Shown here: piece after piece, positions 40,719-53,850 of the stretch | How the letters are laid out: every line of letters begins with the position of its first letter | Numbering within the stretch: the stretch's first letter is position 1 | From: Mobula hypostoma | Taxonomy: Eukaryota | NCBI RefSeq assembly: GCF_963921235.1 | Contig: NC_086109.1 | Location: 36,830,001-36,894,000 of the forward strand | Length of the DNA stretch: 64,000 nt | Direction: 5' to 3' | Position numbers and translations under genes: made by a program | Notes under the pieces: generated by a model | What the model saw: the letters and a program-made list of their open reading frames with translations, nothing else | Database searches by the model: none | What the model was told of the DNA's origin: nothing

Positions 40719-42211
40719 CTAGGAAGAGAATTTTTTTCTGCTTTCCATATTTGATTAATTTGTGAATATTTTTGACTGATGATCTCTGGTTTTGGTCTTC
40801 GCCATGCAAAACAGGTGAAAATTTAACTTCATATCATTGTGTCTTTCAGTACCAGCTTGCTGTTAATTAATGATCACACACATACACATAAAAACACACA
40901 CACATGAATTCAAACCCAGGACCATACCATTCATCTCAAAGTCTGGTGTTGATGCCACAAATGATATGTTTTGTTATGTTTTTAGGCCATTGGAAGAATT
41001 AATAGTCAGCAGATCATAATGTCAACCATGTGCAATGCCAATTTGTCACTAGCACTTATGAAATAGCCAAAATAACTTGGCTTCAAAAACTCTGTTTCTC
41101 ACCCATTATCCTCTTTGAGCTCATTAATTTTGTGAAGGCTGAAATCTCCCATGGCCTATTTTCCTCTAATTGGCCAAAAAAATGAACTACACTCTTTTCC
41201 ATTGATGCTGTCTGACCTGCTGAGTTCCTCCCGCATCTTATGTGCGTTGCTTCCTCCTCTTCTTTTCAGTTTTGCTAATTTGTAAGCTATTAATGTGATT
41301 GAGTGTTTCATTTTTGACTTTCTTGCACCTGTGTCACTTTTTCTTAGAGATATGCTAATTTTGATAAACACATCTACTCCACTTTCCCGTTTATCCACAT
41401 TTTTCTATATGTTCACCCTTTCAATGACCAATTACTAGTCCTGATTTTCTCTGTAGTCACATTTCAGTGATCTCGATTATATTTGTTTATTTTCATGGTA
41501 TTATTGCCTTAATTTCCCTTTTATTTAGAGTTGCAAGGATTCTCATTTTTAATTACACTAGCACTCAATATATTTTTATAATCCTGTTTCATAACTATTA
41601 TTTCAATGCAACTTTATGTCCATTCTTATTGCATTCTTAGTATGCTTAACTGTTTATTTTTGATAATAAAATTATTTTATAGATCTAAATCTTCTATCAC
41701 CCATGAAAAAGAACCCTTCTTTCCCACTCCAGCATTCATGGTTTAATACGTTTATTCCAACGCTGAAGGAAAATCAGACATAATGCAGACATTGTAAACT
41801 TCAAGGTACTTTTAAAAAGATTTGGTTCATAACTTCTGATACTTCCTCATCAGTGTTTCCCTTTCCTTCTTTACTTTGAGGTGGATCACACAATGAAGTA
41901 TAGTTCTGAAAAATTTGAAGCTAGTACTTAACGGAATAAAAAATCTTAGTGTTAAGATTCATGTCTCTGCAATGTTATTCAGTGTCTTTTACTTAGAAAG
42001 CAAACAACTTATTTGCAGAAAGCCTAGATAATAAAATATGGAAATATTTTCCTCTTCTTGCCCATTCAATTCTCTTACATTATTGCTACTTGACTGTGAC
42101 TAGACTCCAATTTTCTTCTTTAAATATACCATTCAAAGTATAGAGAAATCATCTACATCCCAACAAAGTATTTCAATTTACCGATAACCACGTGTACAGA
42201 ATTTTCCATCA

Positions 42212-42394
42212 CACAAGGAATTCTGCAGATGCTGGAAATTCAAGCAACACGTATCAAAATTGCTGGTGAATGCAGCAGGCCAGGCAGCATCTCTAGGAAG
42301 TGGTACAATTGACGTTGCGGGTCGAGACCCTTCGTCAGTCCTGACAAAGTGTCTCGGCCCTTACGTCGACTGTACCTCTTCCTAGAGAGGCTGC
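42212..42394. mobile_element. Penelope fold-back mini-element with two back-to-back mutated hammerheads
   Basis: Centre CCCTTCGTCAG-TC-CTGACAAAGTG. 15-bp imperfect TSD CAGAATTTTCCATCA / CAGAATTCCCCATCA (42197-42211, 42395-42409). Confidence 0.85.
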
Positions 42395-43104
42395 CAGAAT
42401 TCCCCATCATCCCTCTTTTATCTCAAATTTCAAACCTGTTATATTCCCAAGGGAATAGGGTCAATGTTCAGTTAATCTCTAAGATCTTGGATATTCTGAA
42501 TCCTGCCATGACTTTGTTAAGCTGCATTTTCTTGCATTTATTTCTTTATCATTCAGACTTAACATTGAGAAGTTAATTGTTCCATAAATGGAATTAATCA
42601 ATGTTACTGAACTCCTTTGAAATGTGTAGGAACATTATTGTCTGAATTTCTGGAGCAAAGACTTACTGAGAGGAACTTAGTGAAGTAACTGATATTTCTT
42701 CAGTACTGTACTTAGAAAGACAGCAGCAGAATTTTCCTTGCCATCTGCTGCCACCTTCAGCCAGATAGCCAACTTTTACAATTCTATTCTGCTTTCACTG
42801 TAGAATTACATACACAATAAATGGTAAGACCATAGAAGTACTGAGGTATATAAAGACTTTGATGTACAAATCAAAGGATCACTGTAGGTAGCAAAGCAGA
42901 CAGATAAAAGAACATTAAAAGGCTTATTGAGTGTATTTTAATTTATTTTACTTAGAAATACGGTGCAGAACAGACCCTTTCAGCCCAATGAGCCACACCA
43001 CCTAGAAAACCACCTATTTGACCTTAGCCAAATCATAGAACAATTTACAATGTCCAATTTACCTACTAACCAGAACGTCTTTGGACTCTGGTTTGGCCAC
43101 AACT

Positions 43105-43545
43105 TGTCGCCACACTGGAGAGAGTACTGAGCAGGTTCACCAGTAGGACAATAGGTGGAACAATTCCGTTATGAGGGAGACTAGGTAGGCTAAGTTTCTT
43201 TTCCATGAAGTGGAGAGGAACAAGAGAGACTTGTATAAAGGAATGCAAAATTATGAAGGTAGATAGTGGTAGAGCTGTATTGAACTTGAAGACATGGGTT
43301 TAAAATAAGCATTAGAAGATTTAGAGAGGACCCTAGGCAGCACTTACATCACCCAGGAGGTTGGTTGAAATCTGGAACATATTACTGGAGGATAGTTGAT
43401 ACAGAGACTCTCAAGGCACTTAATCATATCAAAGAATTCTTGACCCACTAAAGCCTACAGGGTTAATTTCCAAGTGCTGGAAAGTAGGATGACCGTATTT
43501 GAGTACTTAATGTTCAGAAGGGTCATGGTGTGCTGAAGCGCCTAT
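43105..43545 (+). mobile_element. Highly degraded CR1 3' fragment
   Basis: CTGGAGAGAGTACTGAGCAGGTTCACCAG..TATGAGGGAGACTAGGTAGGCT resembles the CR1 LERVQRRFT..YEERL region. Confidence 0.65.
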
Positions 43546-44107
43546 TTTAGGATCATTAGTGAAAAATGTTATCTCCCCAAAAGACATGTTTCCCTACACC
43601 GATGTCCACAAGAGCATATGAAAATGGAAGGGAGATAATGAATGGTTGATCCAGTAAGTTCATTCCCATTTGACATGTTGTAATATCTGCACAACATCAC
43701 CTCTATTTCCATTCCATTGTCTTTTTCTCCAGCCATCTTCACATCCCAAGCTCATGGGAATCAATGGGCAGAGGCAGCGTGGATGCAAAACTGAAAAAGC
43801 CAACATACTGCTGAAAATGTTTAAGGAGCTCAGATCCAAGTTAATGAACCTTTGGATTATTAACTCCAAGGAAAGCTGAAATTGGCATATGGTGAAGGAA
43901 TCATTGAGTTGAATGCACACAGGAAGCAGGTATTTTGATGCATAGAGATAGCATTGAAAAGAAGGAAACAATGAGTTGAATGGAAACCGTTTAATCAGGA
44001 CTAGGACTTGCACTCTGATATATTGATTATCTTGAGCTCTAAATGGTGTGATTAACAAAAATCTCTGTAGGACTGGGAGGGTTCAGTTGAGGAGAGCTCT
44101 AAAAAGG

Positions 44108-44735
44108 CGGGAGGAGGAGATAGTAGCGCCGCGCGCACGCAGCCCTCAGGTGAAAATGATATTGTATCCGTTAAATAGGGGCCGTGGGCAATTCTGATTT
44201 GATGGAGACAGACGTGAAAGCACAGAGGAACATCTGGAGAAATTTCTGAAAAGCAGGTTCGCTGCCGCTGTTACTGGGTGATCGAGAATCTTCTGAGGGA
44301 AGGCCCCAAAATCCTCGGCTTTACCTGCTGCTGGTGACCGAGATTGAGGTCGAATCGTTCGGATAGAGATGGTGCTCGGTACTAGGTGTCGGAGAGCTGA
44401 TCGGAGGCTCGAAGTTTTCGGATGACTCAGAGTCGGACTGTGGTCGGGCATGGCAGGAAAAGTTTTCTTCCTTCTTCCGTCTGTGTGAGATGTGGGACAT
44501 TTGAGAGACTTTGAACTTTATTACTGTGCCATGGACTCTTCTTCATCAAGTTATGGTATTGCTGCACTGTTGTGACTATATGTTATAATTATGCGGTTTT
44601 GTTAGTTTTTTCAGTCTTGGTCTGTCCTCTGTTTTGTGATATCACACCAGAGGAAATATTGTATCATTTCTTAATGCATGCATCACTAAATGACAATAAA
44701 AGAGGACTGGGTGTCTTCATAATCTAATCTAATTT
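44108..44735 (+). mobile_element. Non-autonomous ~630-bp retroelement with (AATCT)n tail, copy 2
   Basis: Collinear with 30262-30960 (shared GTTAAATAGGGGCCGTG, GAGGAACATCTGGAGAAA, AAATGACAATAAAAGAGGACTG). Confidence 0.8.
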
Positions 44736-47181
44736 AATTTAAAGGGTAGTAGAGAAATTCTTCTTTGGTTTTCTGGCATTAAGTTTGTGTGTGAGAACTG
44801 TCTAGTGATTATATACAGATCTTCAGAATTTCTTTCTTCTGGGAATAATGTTCCAGCATATTTGAAGATGGATCTTCAGAAACGAAACCTTGAATTGCAA
44901 AAGATTACCTTGACAAATTAGAATATATTTCATTTAAGTTTGTGAATTTTTCCTGTGCTCTACCTGTGGTAGACCTAATTCTTAAGCATTGTTGACTTGA
45001 TAAGTTAAAACTCCACTTCAATAACATTACATTGAAGCCCACCCTATTGTACGCAGTCCTTTCACACTATTAGACATGTGAATATGCCAGCAGGATTAAC
45101 AATACTAGAGGAGAGTTTGTCAAAGTTCAAAATTCAAAGTAAATTTATTATCGAAGTACATACAGAAAATGTAACTGTATACAACCCTGAGATTCATTTT
45201 CTTATGGGCATACTCAATAAATTCATAATAGAATAATAACTATAATAGAATCAATGAAAGACTGCACCAACTTGGCATTCAACCCGTATGCAAAAGCCAG
45301 CGGACAAAAAGAAGAAATTACCAATAATGACACATAAGTAATAAGTAAATGTGCATGGGCGCACCCTTCTGAAGGATACTGTCATATTGGCCTCAGAGAG
45401 TTTATCAAGAAAATATAATTGCTGAAGTTATTGCAAACTCCTAAAATAAATTACCATTGATGTTTATTTTTATATAAAATAGTCTGCTTTGTGTTTTCTT
45501 AATAGAAGACCCATGATGAGGCTGCTTGCAAAAGTGAAGAATTTTTATTAGCTAACTCCATACCATAGTGAATTAGCTGGTGAAATCACTCCTTGATCCA
45601 TTTAGTGTGCTGCACATGTAAAGCTCAGTTATTGTGGTTGTCTTTTGCCGTAACCTATCATTCAGATTATGACATATGAGCAGACCAGAAGAAATGGAAA
45701 CAGAGAAAAGTGTTTTATAATTCAATTTATAATTGCAGCCTCACATCTGAAAAATTAAGAATGAGCATTTCATAAAAAACAATTCTGATTAGGATGGTGC
45801 TTAGAATGCTATGCTTAATGTTAAGTAACCAGAGCCATGGAAAAAATATGGATTACAAATACCCATTCCAAGCATTTATTTTAACAGCTAGCAACTACTG
45901 CATATTCATTACCTTGGCTTTAATCATGCTTTCATAATTCTTGAAATATTAACTTGCTATTGTTTTAATACTGAATAGTAATTAATTCACAGTTTATAAT
46001 ACAGATCAATTGCATTGTCAAAGATGCAAAAGGAAAGCTTGTTGAAATAATATACCAATATTACCTATATGATATATACTACATTTACCCAAGGTGGTTG
46101 GGTGTGCCATATGCATCAGTATCAGTTACTTGTACAGCACAACAGATATGTATACATACATTCAGGCAAGATATGGTTACATTAATGATGCACTCATATT
46201 CTTGAAAAATTTATCTGTTTATTTTAATTCATTTTTCTCTGAATAATATCAATACAGTAAAAAGCAGTCAATTATTAAAAAGATAATTCTTTCGAAATGA
46301 AAGGGAAATATAATTTCAAATGCAGAGTATCACATTTTAGAAGTCCAAGTAGATTTGGTGTATCACCAACAACTCAAGCAAATGTCGCCAAATATACCAT
46401 GGACAGCATTTGGACTGTTTACGTCACCATCTGGTCATGGAGGTGCCAATGCATAGGATCGTATGAGGCTTCAGAGTTATAGACTCAACCAGCTCCATCA
46501 CATTCCCAAGCCTCTCCACCATTGAGGACATTTTCTAAGGGCAGCATTCATCACTAAAGACCCTCACCATCTGAGGCATGTCCTCTCCTTATTACTACCA
46601 TCAGGGGTAATGAGAAGAGAACACGTCCCAGATGTTGATAACCCTTAATTTCAGAATAGTCCCTGAACCCACAAAAACTACCTCACTATTCCTCTTGCGC
46701 TAGTTATTTTGCTTTAATTTTAATGTGACTTGTAGTTGTTTATGTTTTGCACTGTACTTCTGCCCCAAAGAAACAAGTTTCATGAAATACAATATGTTAA
46801 TAATAATGAAACTGATACCGATTCTGAAAGATATTCGTAAGCAGAAGAAAGCCATGATTCTCATTGTAATAGGGCGGGATAACTGCATATTACCCCACAG
46901 GAAAATTATGTTCACCTGAACTTGAACACATAATAATCAAATGCTGTCTGTTCTATTTACCTAGTGAGTCCCACAGTTCTCATCAGTGTTACTTACCACC
47001 TATAAACAATTGCTTGACATACTGCATGATGCCATCTCCAGTCAAGAAATAATCCATGCCAAGGCATTTCAAATCATAATCAAGGACATTAACCAAACTT
47101 GTTTAAAGAAATCTCTGCCCAATTACCATCAGCATATAACCTGTAGTACCAAAGGTCGCAACACACTGGACCACTGTTACA

Positions 47182-47392
47182 ACAGGAATTCTGCAGATGC
47201 TGGAAATTCAAGCAACATACATCAAAGTTGCTGGTGAACGCAGCAGGCCAAGCAGCATCTATAGGAAGAGGCGCAGTCGACGTTTCAGGCTGAGACCCTT
47301 CGAAGGGTCTCGGCCTGAAACGTCGACTGCGCCTCTTCCTATAGATGCTGCTTGGCCTGCTGCGTTCACCAGCAACTTTGATGTATGTTGCT
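47182..47392. mobile_element. Palindromic Penelope mini-element
   Basis: 186-bp palindrome 47209-47394 centred on TTC|GAA with one mismatch. Perfect 15-bp TSD TGGACCACTGTTACA (47167-47181, 47393-47407). Confidence 0.93.
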
Positions 47393-47592
47393 TGGACCAC
47401 TGTTACACTAAGGTTACAATTTTTACTGTGCCATGCCCAGGCTGCATTTCAGGAAAGCTGATCACTTGGCAGTCCTTCTCCTTCCTACATACAAGCAGAG
47501 GCTAAAAACCAAATCTCCAGAGATTAGGACGACAGAGGTGGTCACAGGAGGCAGTGGAGTGGCTATGGAATTGTTTCGAGTTGGTAGACTTA

Positions 47593-48071
47593 AGGCTGAT
47601 TTACACTTGTGCGTACGGCCTACGCCGTAGGCCTGATTTATACTTTTGCGTAGCCCTACGCCGTAGCAAGCATGCATAGTTGTGTCTGCGTCGCTCTGCA
47701 ATTCACTGCCAAAACGCTAGTTGGCGTTGGGGTTTCTATGCCACTGTGTTGAGTTTCTTCGTGAGAGACATAGATGAGGAAATGCATTTCAAATATTTTC
47801 AGATGTCGGCACGTAGATTTGACAATTTGGTTCTTCATCTCCAACAATTTATTTCGCATCAATGTACAGACATGGCAGAGAAAAGCCACCGGAAATGTGT
47901 AGGAGGAAATGCGATGCTACCAAGCGGACTAATCACAGTTGTTGTGGTCTGCATCGCCGCAACGCGCGAGTTACATTTTTGGGGAGGTGCACGTCACCTT
48001 ACAGCGTAGGGCACAGCGTAGGGTATGTGGTACCTACGGCGTACATTTGATGCAGAAGTATAAATTGGGCT
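47593..48071 (+). mobile_element. PIF/Harbinger non-autonomous DNA transposon
   Basis: Imperfect TIRs AGGCTGATTTACACTT / AAGTATAAATTGGGCT, TTA TSD, transposase-like remnant [23 protein letters not shown]. Confidence 0.8.
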
Positions 48072-50210
48072 TTAGCCGTGTTCAAGGACTCATCTGGGGA
48101 TCTGAATAAATACACCTTGGTTGTCATGGACTTTACAAAAACAATTGTAGACAAGTGTGTCCCCACAAAATCAATCAGAGTCTTCCCCAGCTCATCCAGC
48201 CCTTGATGAACCATGAGGTTCGCAGTCTGTTGAGGGCCGGTTCAGAGGCATGCAAGTATGGTGACAAGTTACAAGTGTTCCAGGTATGATCTCCAGAAAG
48301 CTATCACATGGTCAAAGTGGCAATTCCGGACTAAACCTGAACCAACGAAAGTTGCTTGACAGTTGTGGCAGGGCTTGAATGTTCTCACGTTTTATAAAAT
48401 CAAGCAACATAGGCAACAATGGGGCTTCACTTCCAGGAGATCAATGCCTTCTATGCTCGCTTTGACCATCAAAATATGAAGAAACCATCATGAAATCCCA
48501 CAGACCATGATAAACCTGTGATTTCATTCTCTGAGGCTGACACGTGAGCAGCCTTCAGGGGGGTGAACCCACAAAAAGCACCCAGGCTAGATAGGGTACC
48601 TGGCCAAGTACTAAAGACATGCTGATCATCTGGCTGGAGTGTTCACTGAGGTCTTTAACCTCTCACTTTGTCGGTATGGGGTATCCACCTGTTTCAATCA
48701 GGTTTCACTTAGAAGAATGTGGTAACCTGCCTTGACGACTATCGTCTTGTAGCACTTACATCCACACTAATGAAGAGTTTTGAGAGGTTGATGGTAAAAC
48801 AAATCAACAAGATGACTTGGATTCATTCCAAGTTTGCCTACTGAAGCAACAGGTCTACGGCAGATGCCATTTCATTGGCTCTTCCCCCAACACTGGAACA
48901 CCTGATTTGCAAAGATTCATACTTCTGAATGATCTTTATTAAATACAGCTCAACATTCAATACCGCTATCCCCTCAGAACTAATCAATAGGCTTCAAGGT
49001 CTCAATACCACTCTGTGCAATTGGATCCTTGATTTTCTCACTTGCAAACCCCAGTCAGTTCAGATTGGAAACAGAATCTCCTCCACAATCCCCATCAACA
49101 CAGGTGCAGCACAAGGTTCTGTGTTTAGCCCCCTGATCTACCCGCTTTATACTTATGACTGTGTAGCTAAGAACTGCTCCAATGCTATATGCTGATGACA
49201 GCACTGTCATTGGCTCAATCCAAAGTGGTGATGGATCAGCATATATGAGGGAGGTGAAAAATCTGTCTGAGTGGTGCCACAACGACAAACTCTCACTCAA
49301 TGTCAGCAAGACCAAGGAGCTGATTATTGACATCAGGAAGAGGCAATCAGAGGGCCATTAGCCAGTTCAAATCAGAGGACTGAGGTGGAGAGGGTCAGAA
49401 CCTTTAAATTCCTTGGTATTATCATTTTGGAGGATCTGCTCTAAGTCCAGTACGTAAGAGCAATTGTAAAGAAAACATGGTAGTGCCTCTGCTTCCTTAG
49501 AAGTTTGTGAAGATTTTGCATGACATCTAAAATTTTGACAAAATTCCATAGATGTGTGGTGGAGAGTATATTGACTGGCTGCATCACAGCCTGGTATGGA
49601 CACACTAATGGCCTTGAAAAGTACAAAAAGTAGTGGATACGGCCCAGTCCATCACAGGTAAATCCCTCTCCACAATTGAGCATATTTACACTGAGCTGTG
49701 TCGCAGGAAACTAGCACACATCATCAGGGACACCCCCACCACCCAGGACATACTCCCTTCTCACTGCTGCCATCAGGAAGAGGGTACAGGAGCCTCAGGA
49801 CTCACCCCACTAGTTTCAGTCACAGTTATTATCCCCCAACCATCAGGATCTTGAACCAAAGGGGCAACTTCACTTTGCTATACTTGTCCCATCACTGAAA
49901 TGCTTCCACGACCTATAGACTCACTTTCATCTCATGTTCTCCATATGTAGCTTTTTTAGTTATTATTTTTATTTACACAGTTGTTGTCTTTTGCACTCTT
50001 GTTGAATGCCAGTTGGTGCCGTCTTTCATTGATTCTATTATGGTTGTTATTCTATTATGGATTTATTAAGCATGCCCGCAAGAAAATGAACCTCAGTTTT
50101 GTTTGTGGTGACATTTGTGTTCATTGATAATACATTTAATTTGAACTTTTGAACTTTGAAGAAACCAAAATAAGATTGGGAGTCCACTTTGTGGAACATA
50201 CCTGTTCATG

Positions 50211-50707
50211 GAAACATAGAAACATAGAAAATAGGTGCAGCAGTAGGCCATTCGGCCCTTCGAGCCTGCACCGCCATTCAGTATGATCATGGCTGATCAT
50301 CCAACTCAGAACCCTGTACCAGCCTTCCCCCCATACCCTCTGATCCCTTTAGCCACAAGGACCATATCTAACTCCCTCTTAAATATAGTCAATGAACTGG
50401 CCTCAACTGTTTCCTGTGGTAGAGAATTCCACAGATTCACCACTCTCTGTGTGAAGAAGTTTTTCCTAATCTCAGTCCTAAAAGGCTTCCCCTCTATCCT
50501 CAAACTGTGACCCCTCGTTCTGGACTTCCCCAACATCCTGCATCTAGCCTGTCCAATCCCTTTAGGATTTTATATGTTTCAATAAGATCCCCCCTCAATC
50601 TTCTAAATTCCAACGAGTATAAGCCTAGTCGATCCAGTCTTTCATCATATGAAAGTCCTGTCATCCCAGGAATCAATCTGGTGAACCTTCTTTGTACTCC
50701 CTCTATG
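50211..50707 (-). mobile_element. Young CR1 3' fragment
   Basis: Near-identical to the 55507-57393 family. Possible TSD TGTTCAT. Confidence 0.95.
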
Positions 50708-51334
50708 TTCATCCACCTGTCACCTGTCATTTTAATTAGCAGTTTTATTCTTTGTGATTTTAGACTCCATTCCCCTCCTCCTAGTTGTATCTCCCTCTTT
50801 TGGTGCTCACACCTCCTAGCTGGCTTGTCTTTCACTCTTCTGTCCTTCACCTTTGCTCAAAAATTGTGCAATTTAAGGAAGTTTTAATTTTAACTGAAGC
50901 AAGTTAATCATTCTGAGGTATTAATTCTATTTTTCTATTTCTCTCTGTTTTTCTGACCTTCTGGGTATTCTCAGCATTTACTGTTCTGCTTCCGAATAGA
51001 TTTGCTAACTTAAGAAAATGACGGTCTTCGCCTGAGAATTATTCCTTTCCCCTGTAAGTATTCAGCAGTCCAGAAATCAAAGAATGAAGGCAATTCTGAG
51101 TTTGGACACAATGTACAAGGTTTGAGATATCTTGGTCAGAGATTATTGCTGAGATCTTTCCTCTTCCTGGAGACTTTTATAGGATTTATAAAGTCTTAAA
51201 GATGTTTACAATTATCAATATGTAAATGTAGCCCTGATTAAATTTTACATTTATTTAGATCAAAGGCAGGTAAACTCTTAATGGGCAGGGAAGCGCACAA
51301 CAGTAGAAGGCTGCTGGAAGTTATTTAACTTGAG

Positions 51335-51590
51335 TGAGACTCGAGTTAGAGGTCATGAGTTAAAGGTGAAAGGTCAAATGTTTAAGGTGAACATGAGGGG
51401 CAACTTCTTCACTCAAAGGGTGGTGAGAGTGTGGAGCGAGCTGCCTGTGGAAGTGGAAATTTGAATAGGTACACGGTGGGAGTAGTGTAGAGGGCTCTGG
51501 TCTGAATAGGACCAGGCAGAATGGTAGTTCAGCACTGACTATATGTGCTGAAGGGCCTGATTCTCTGCTGCGGTGTTCTATGACTCTATA
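51335..51590 (+). mobile_element. CR1 3' fragment (older)
   Basis: RGHELKVKGQMFKVNMRGNFFTQRVVRVWSELP reading; TTCTATGACTCTATA tail. Confidence 0.85.
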
Positions 51591-52429
51591 ACTCTGAATC
51601 TAACACCAGACAGAGTGGTAATTTGTTCAATATGCTCACAGCAAAGGGTAAAATGCAGAATAAGAGCTTACAATTACACAAAATTCATATTTCACCAGAG
51701 ACATCATCATAATAAAATATATTTGTTTCATAAAGTAGTGGAAATAAAATGAACAAAACATAACTTAAATAATATTGACAGGACTTTCCCACTGCAGGGT
51801 ATAATTTACAGAATACATTACTGAGGAACTAAAATAGACCATTCAACTTTTTGAGCCATTCTCCATTCATCTTTTATCTCATCTCTATTTACATTTCCTA
51901 ATTCCATATTCCTAGATTGACAAAAAAAAATAAAACTTGTTCATGACATTCCTGATACTGATACTTTTAGAGATGAAACTCCAGATTTGATTTTCTAATT
52001 ATAAAGCATGTAAACTTTGGTTTTGATTATTCCATCAGAAGTAGTAGTTGCTGTATAGTTAGCTTTTCAATTCATTAAACACTATTAATCTGTTGTATTT
52101 AAGAAAATACGAAGTTTTATGTAACCCACTCTTAGTTTAAAACTTTATCCCAGTATCATTCCGAAGAATTGGAATTGTACCATCTCCAAATCCTTCATAA
52201 AATGCAGTATCATAAGCTGGACATAATACTCCGATATGGAATCCAACCAAGGCAATCTAAGACCCTACAGCACTTGCTTTTGTAATTCAGACTTTTTGAG
52301 TTGAAGATAACATTAAGTTGGCCTTAATGACTGCAGGTTGTATATACCTATTGCCAGAATATGCAGAGGCTTTGAGTAATAGCTGAGGTTACCTTTAATG
52401 GAAAAGAGATTTAGTAGAAGCTCCACGTG

Positions 52430-53790
52430 AACCCCCACAGAGCCTGAGGACTCTGTCATATCAGTCTCTGAGGTTAATATGAGAACATCCTTCAGGAGGA
52501 TGTATCCACCATCACAGGTGTACACTTATCCCCCTGCTCTACTTACTTTATACTTACGATTGTGTGGCTAGGTACAGCTCCAATGCTATATTTAACCCTT
52601 ACATATTGTTCAGGTCAAATCTGACCCATTTTGACATTTGACAGCAGTAGAAACACCCAAAGTGCCATTTTTTTAGCCGAAATTTGATGATTTTTCCTAA
52701 AGTGACCCAAAATGTGCAAAAATGAAAATATTTAAAAAATTTTATGCTCTTGTACAGGTGCTACAAATTTTTGTACATGAGGCTGTTCCAGGTCAAGTTT
52801 GACCCATATCTATTGAAATGGATTTTAGAGCTCTGAAACATTAATTAAGCGTTAATCACCCATTTATTAATGTCAGATAGGCTATTTACACATTCTAAAT
52901 AGATCTGTGGTTCAAAATTTGGTATAGACACTTGTTATGAGGGGATTCTTGGGCTGGGTCAAAATTGACCCAGACCATACTGTGAAAGTGTAGAATATGA
53001 ACAGGTTGCCTGGGTTAAGTTTACTGACAATGCCACTGTTGTTGGCTGAATCAAAAGTGGTGATGTATCAGCATACAAGAGGGAAGCTGAAAATCTGCTT
53101 GAACGATGCATCAATGTCAACAAGATCAAAGAGATGATTATTGACTACAGGAGGAAGAAGCTGGAGATGCATGAACCAGTCGACATTAGGTACAGCAGCC
53201 TTAGGTTCACGAACACTTAATACTCTACAAACATCAAGCTCCTGAACTGGAGTGGATAACTTCATTCACCATCACTCTGAACTGATTCTACAACCTACAG
53301 ACTCACGTTACAACTCATTTTACAAATCACATTCTCAGTGTTATTTTTATTTGCACGGTTTGTACATCATCGGAGACGCCCATCACCCAGGCCATGCTCT
53401 CTTCTCACTGCTGCAGTCAGGTAGAAGTTACAAGAGCCCCAGGACTCACACACCAGGTTCAAAAACAGTTACTGCCTCTTAGCCATCAGGCTCTTGAATA
53501 GAAAGGGACAACTACACTCCCTCGCACCATCATTGATATGTTCCCTCCACCAATAATCTCATTTTAAGGACTCTTTATCTCATTATCTCATATTCTCATT
53601 ATTGATTCCTATTTATTTATATTTGCATTTGGACAGTTTGTTGTCTTCTGTACCCTGATCGATCTTTCATTGATCCTGTTATAGTTACTAATCTGTAGAT
53701 TTGCTAAGTATATCCATGGGAAAATGAATCTCAGTGTTTTATATGGTGACATATATATACTTTGACAATAAAATTTACTTTGAATTTTGA
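52430..53790 (+). mobile_element. Degraded Rex1/Babar-like LINE fragments
   Basis: [29 protein letters not shown] split by the piggyBac insert. Tail AATAAAATTTACTTTGAATTTTGAA. Confidence 0.8.
52596..53014. mobile_element. piggyBac-type MITE
   Basis: TTAA-CCC...GGG-TTAA termini. Removing it restores the host AIFKF motif. Three internal GGTCA-N4-TGACC palindromes. Confidence 0.85.
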
Positions 53791-53850
53791 ATCTTTGTTT
53801 ACTTGTAGTTTCTCAAAAATTCTGTTGTATTTTATTTTGCATTCCAGCAA

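Larger units (their letters stand above)
46925..50160 (+). mobile_element. Long degraded Rex1/Babar-like LINE (endonuclease remnant plus RT) hosting nested insertions
   Basis: [57 protein letters not shown]. (TTTGAAC)n tail near 50140-50160. Confidence 0.9.

Noticed and set aside
43732..43879. Strong plus-strand acceptors (here, ~14012, ~27117) as exons
   Set aside because: No convincing donor or recognisable peptide; such sites are common by chance in AT-rich introns.
47089..47505. Near-identical ORFs on both strands
   Set aside because: A by-product of the DNA palindrome, not evidence of coding.
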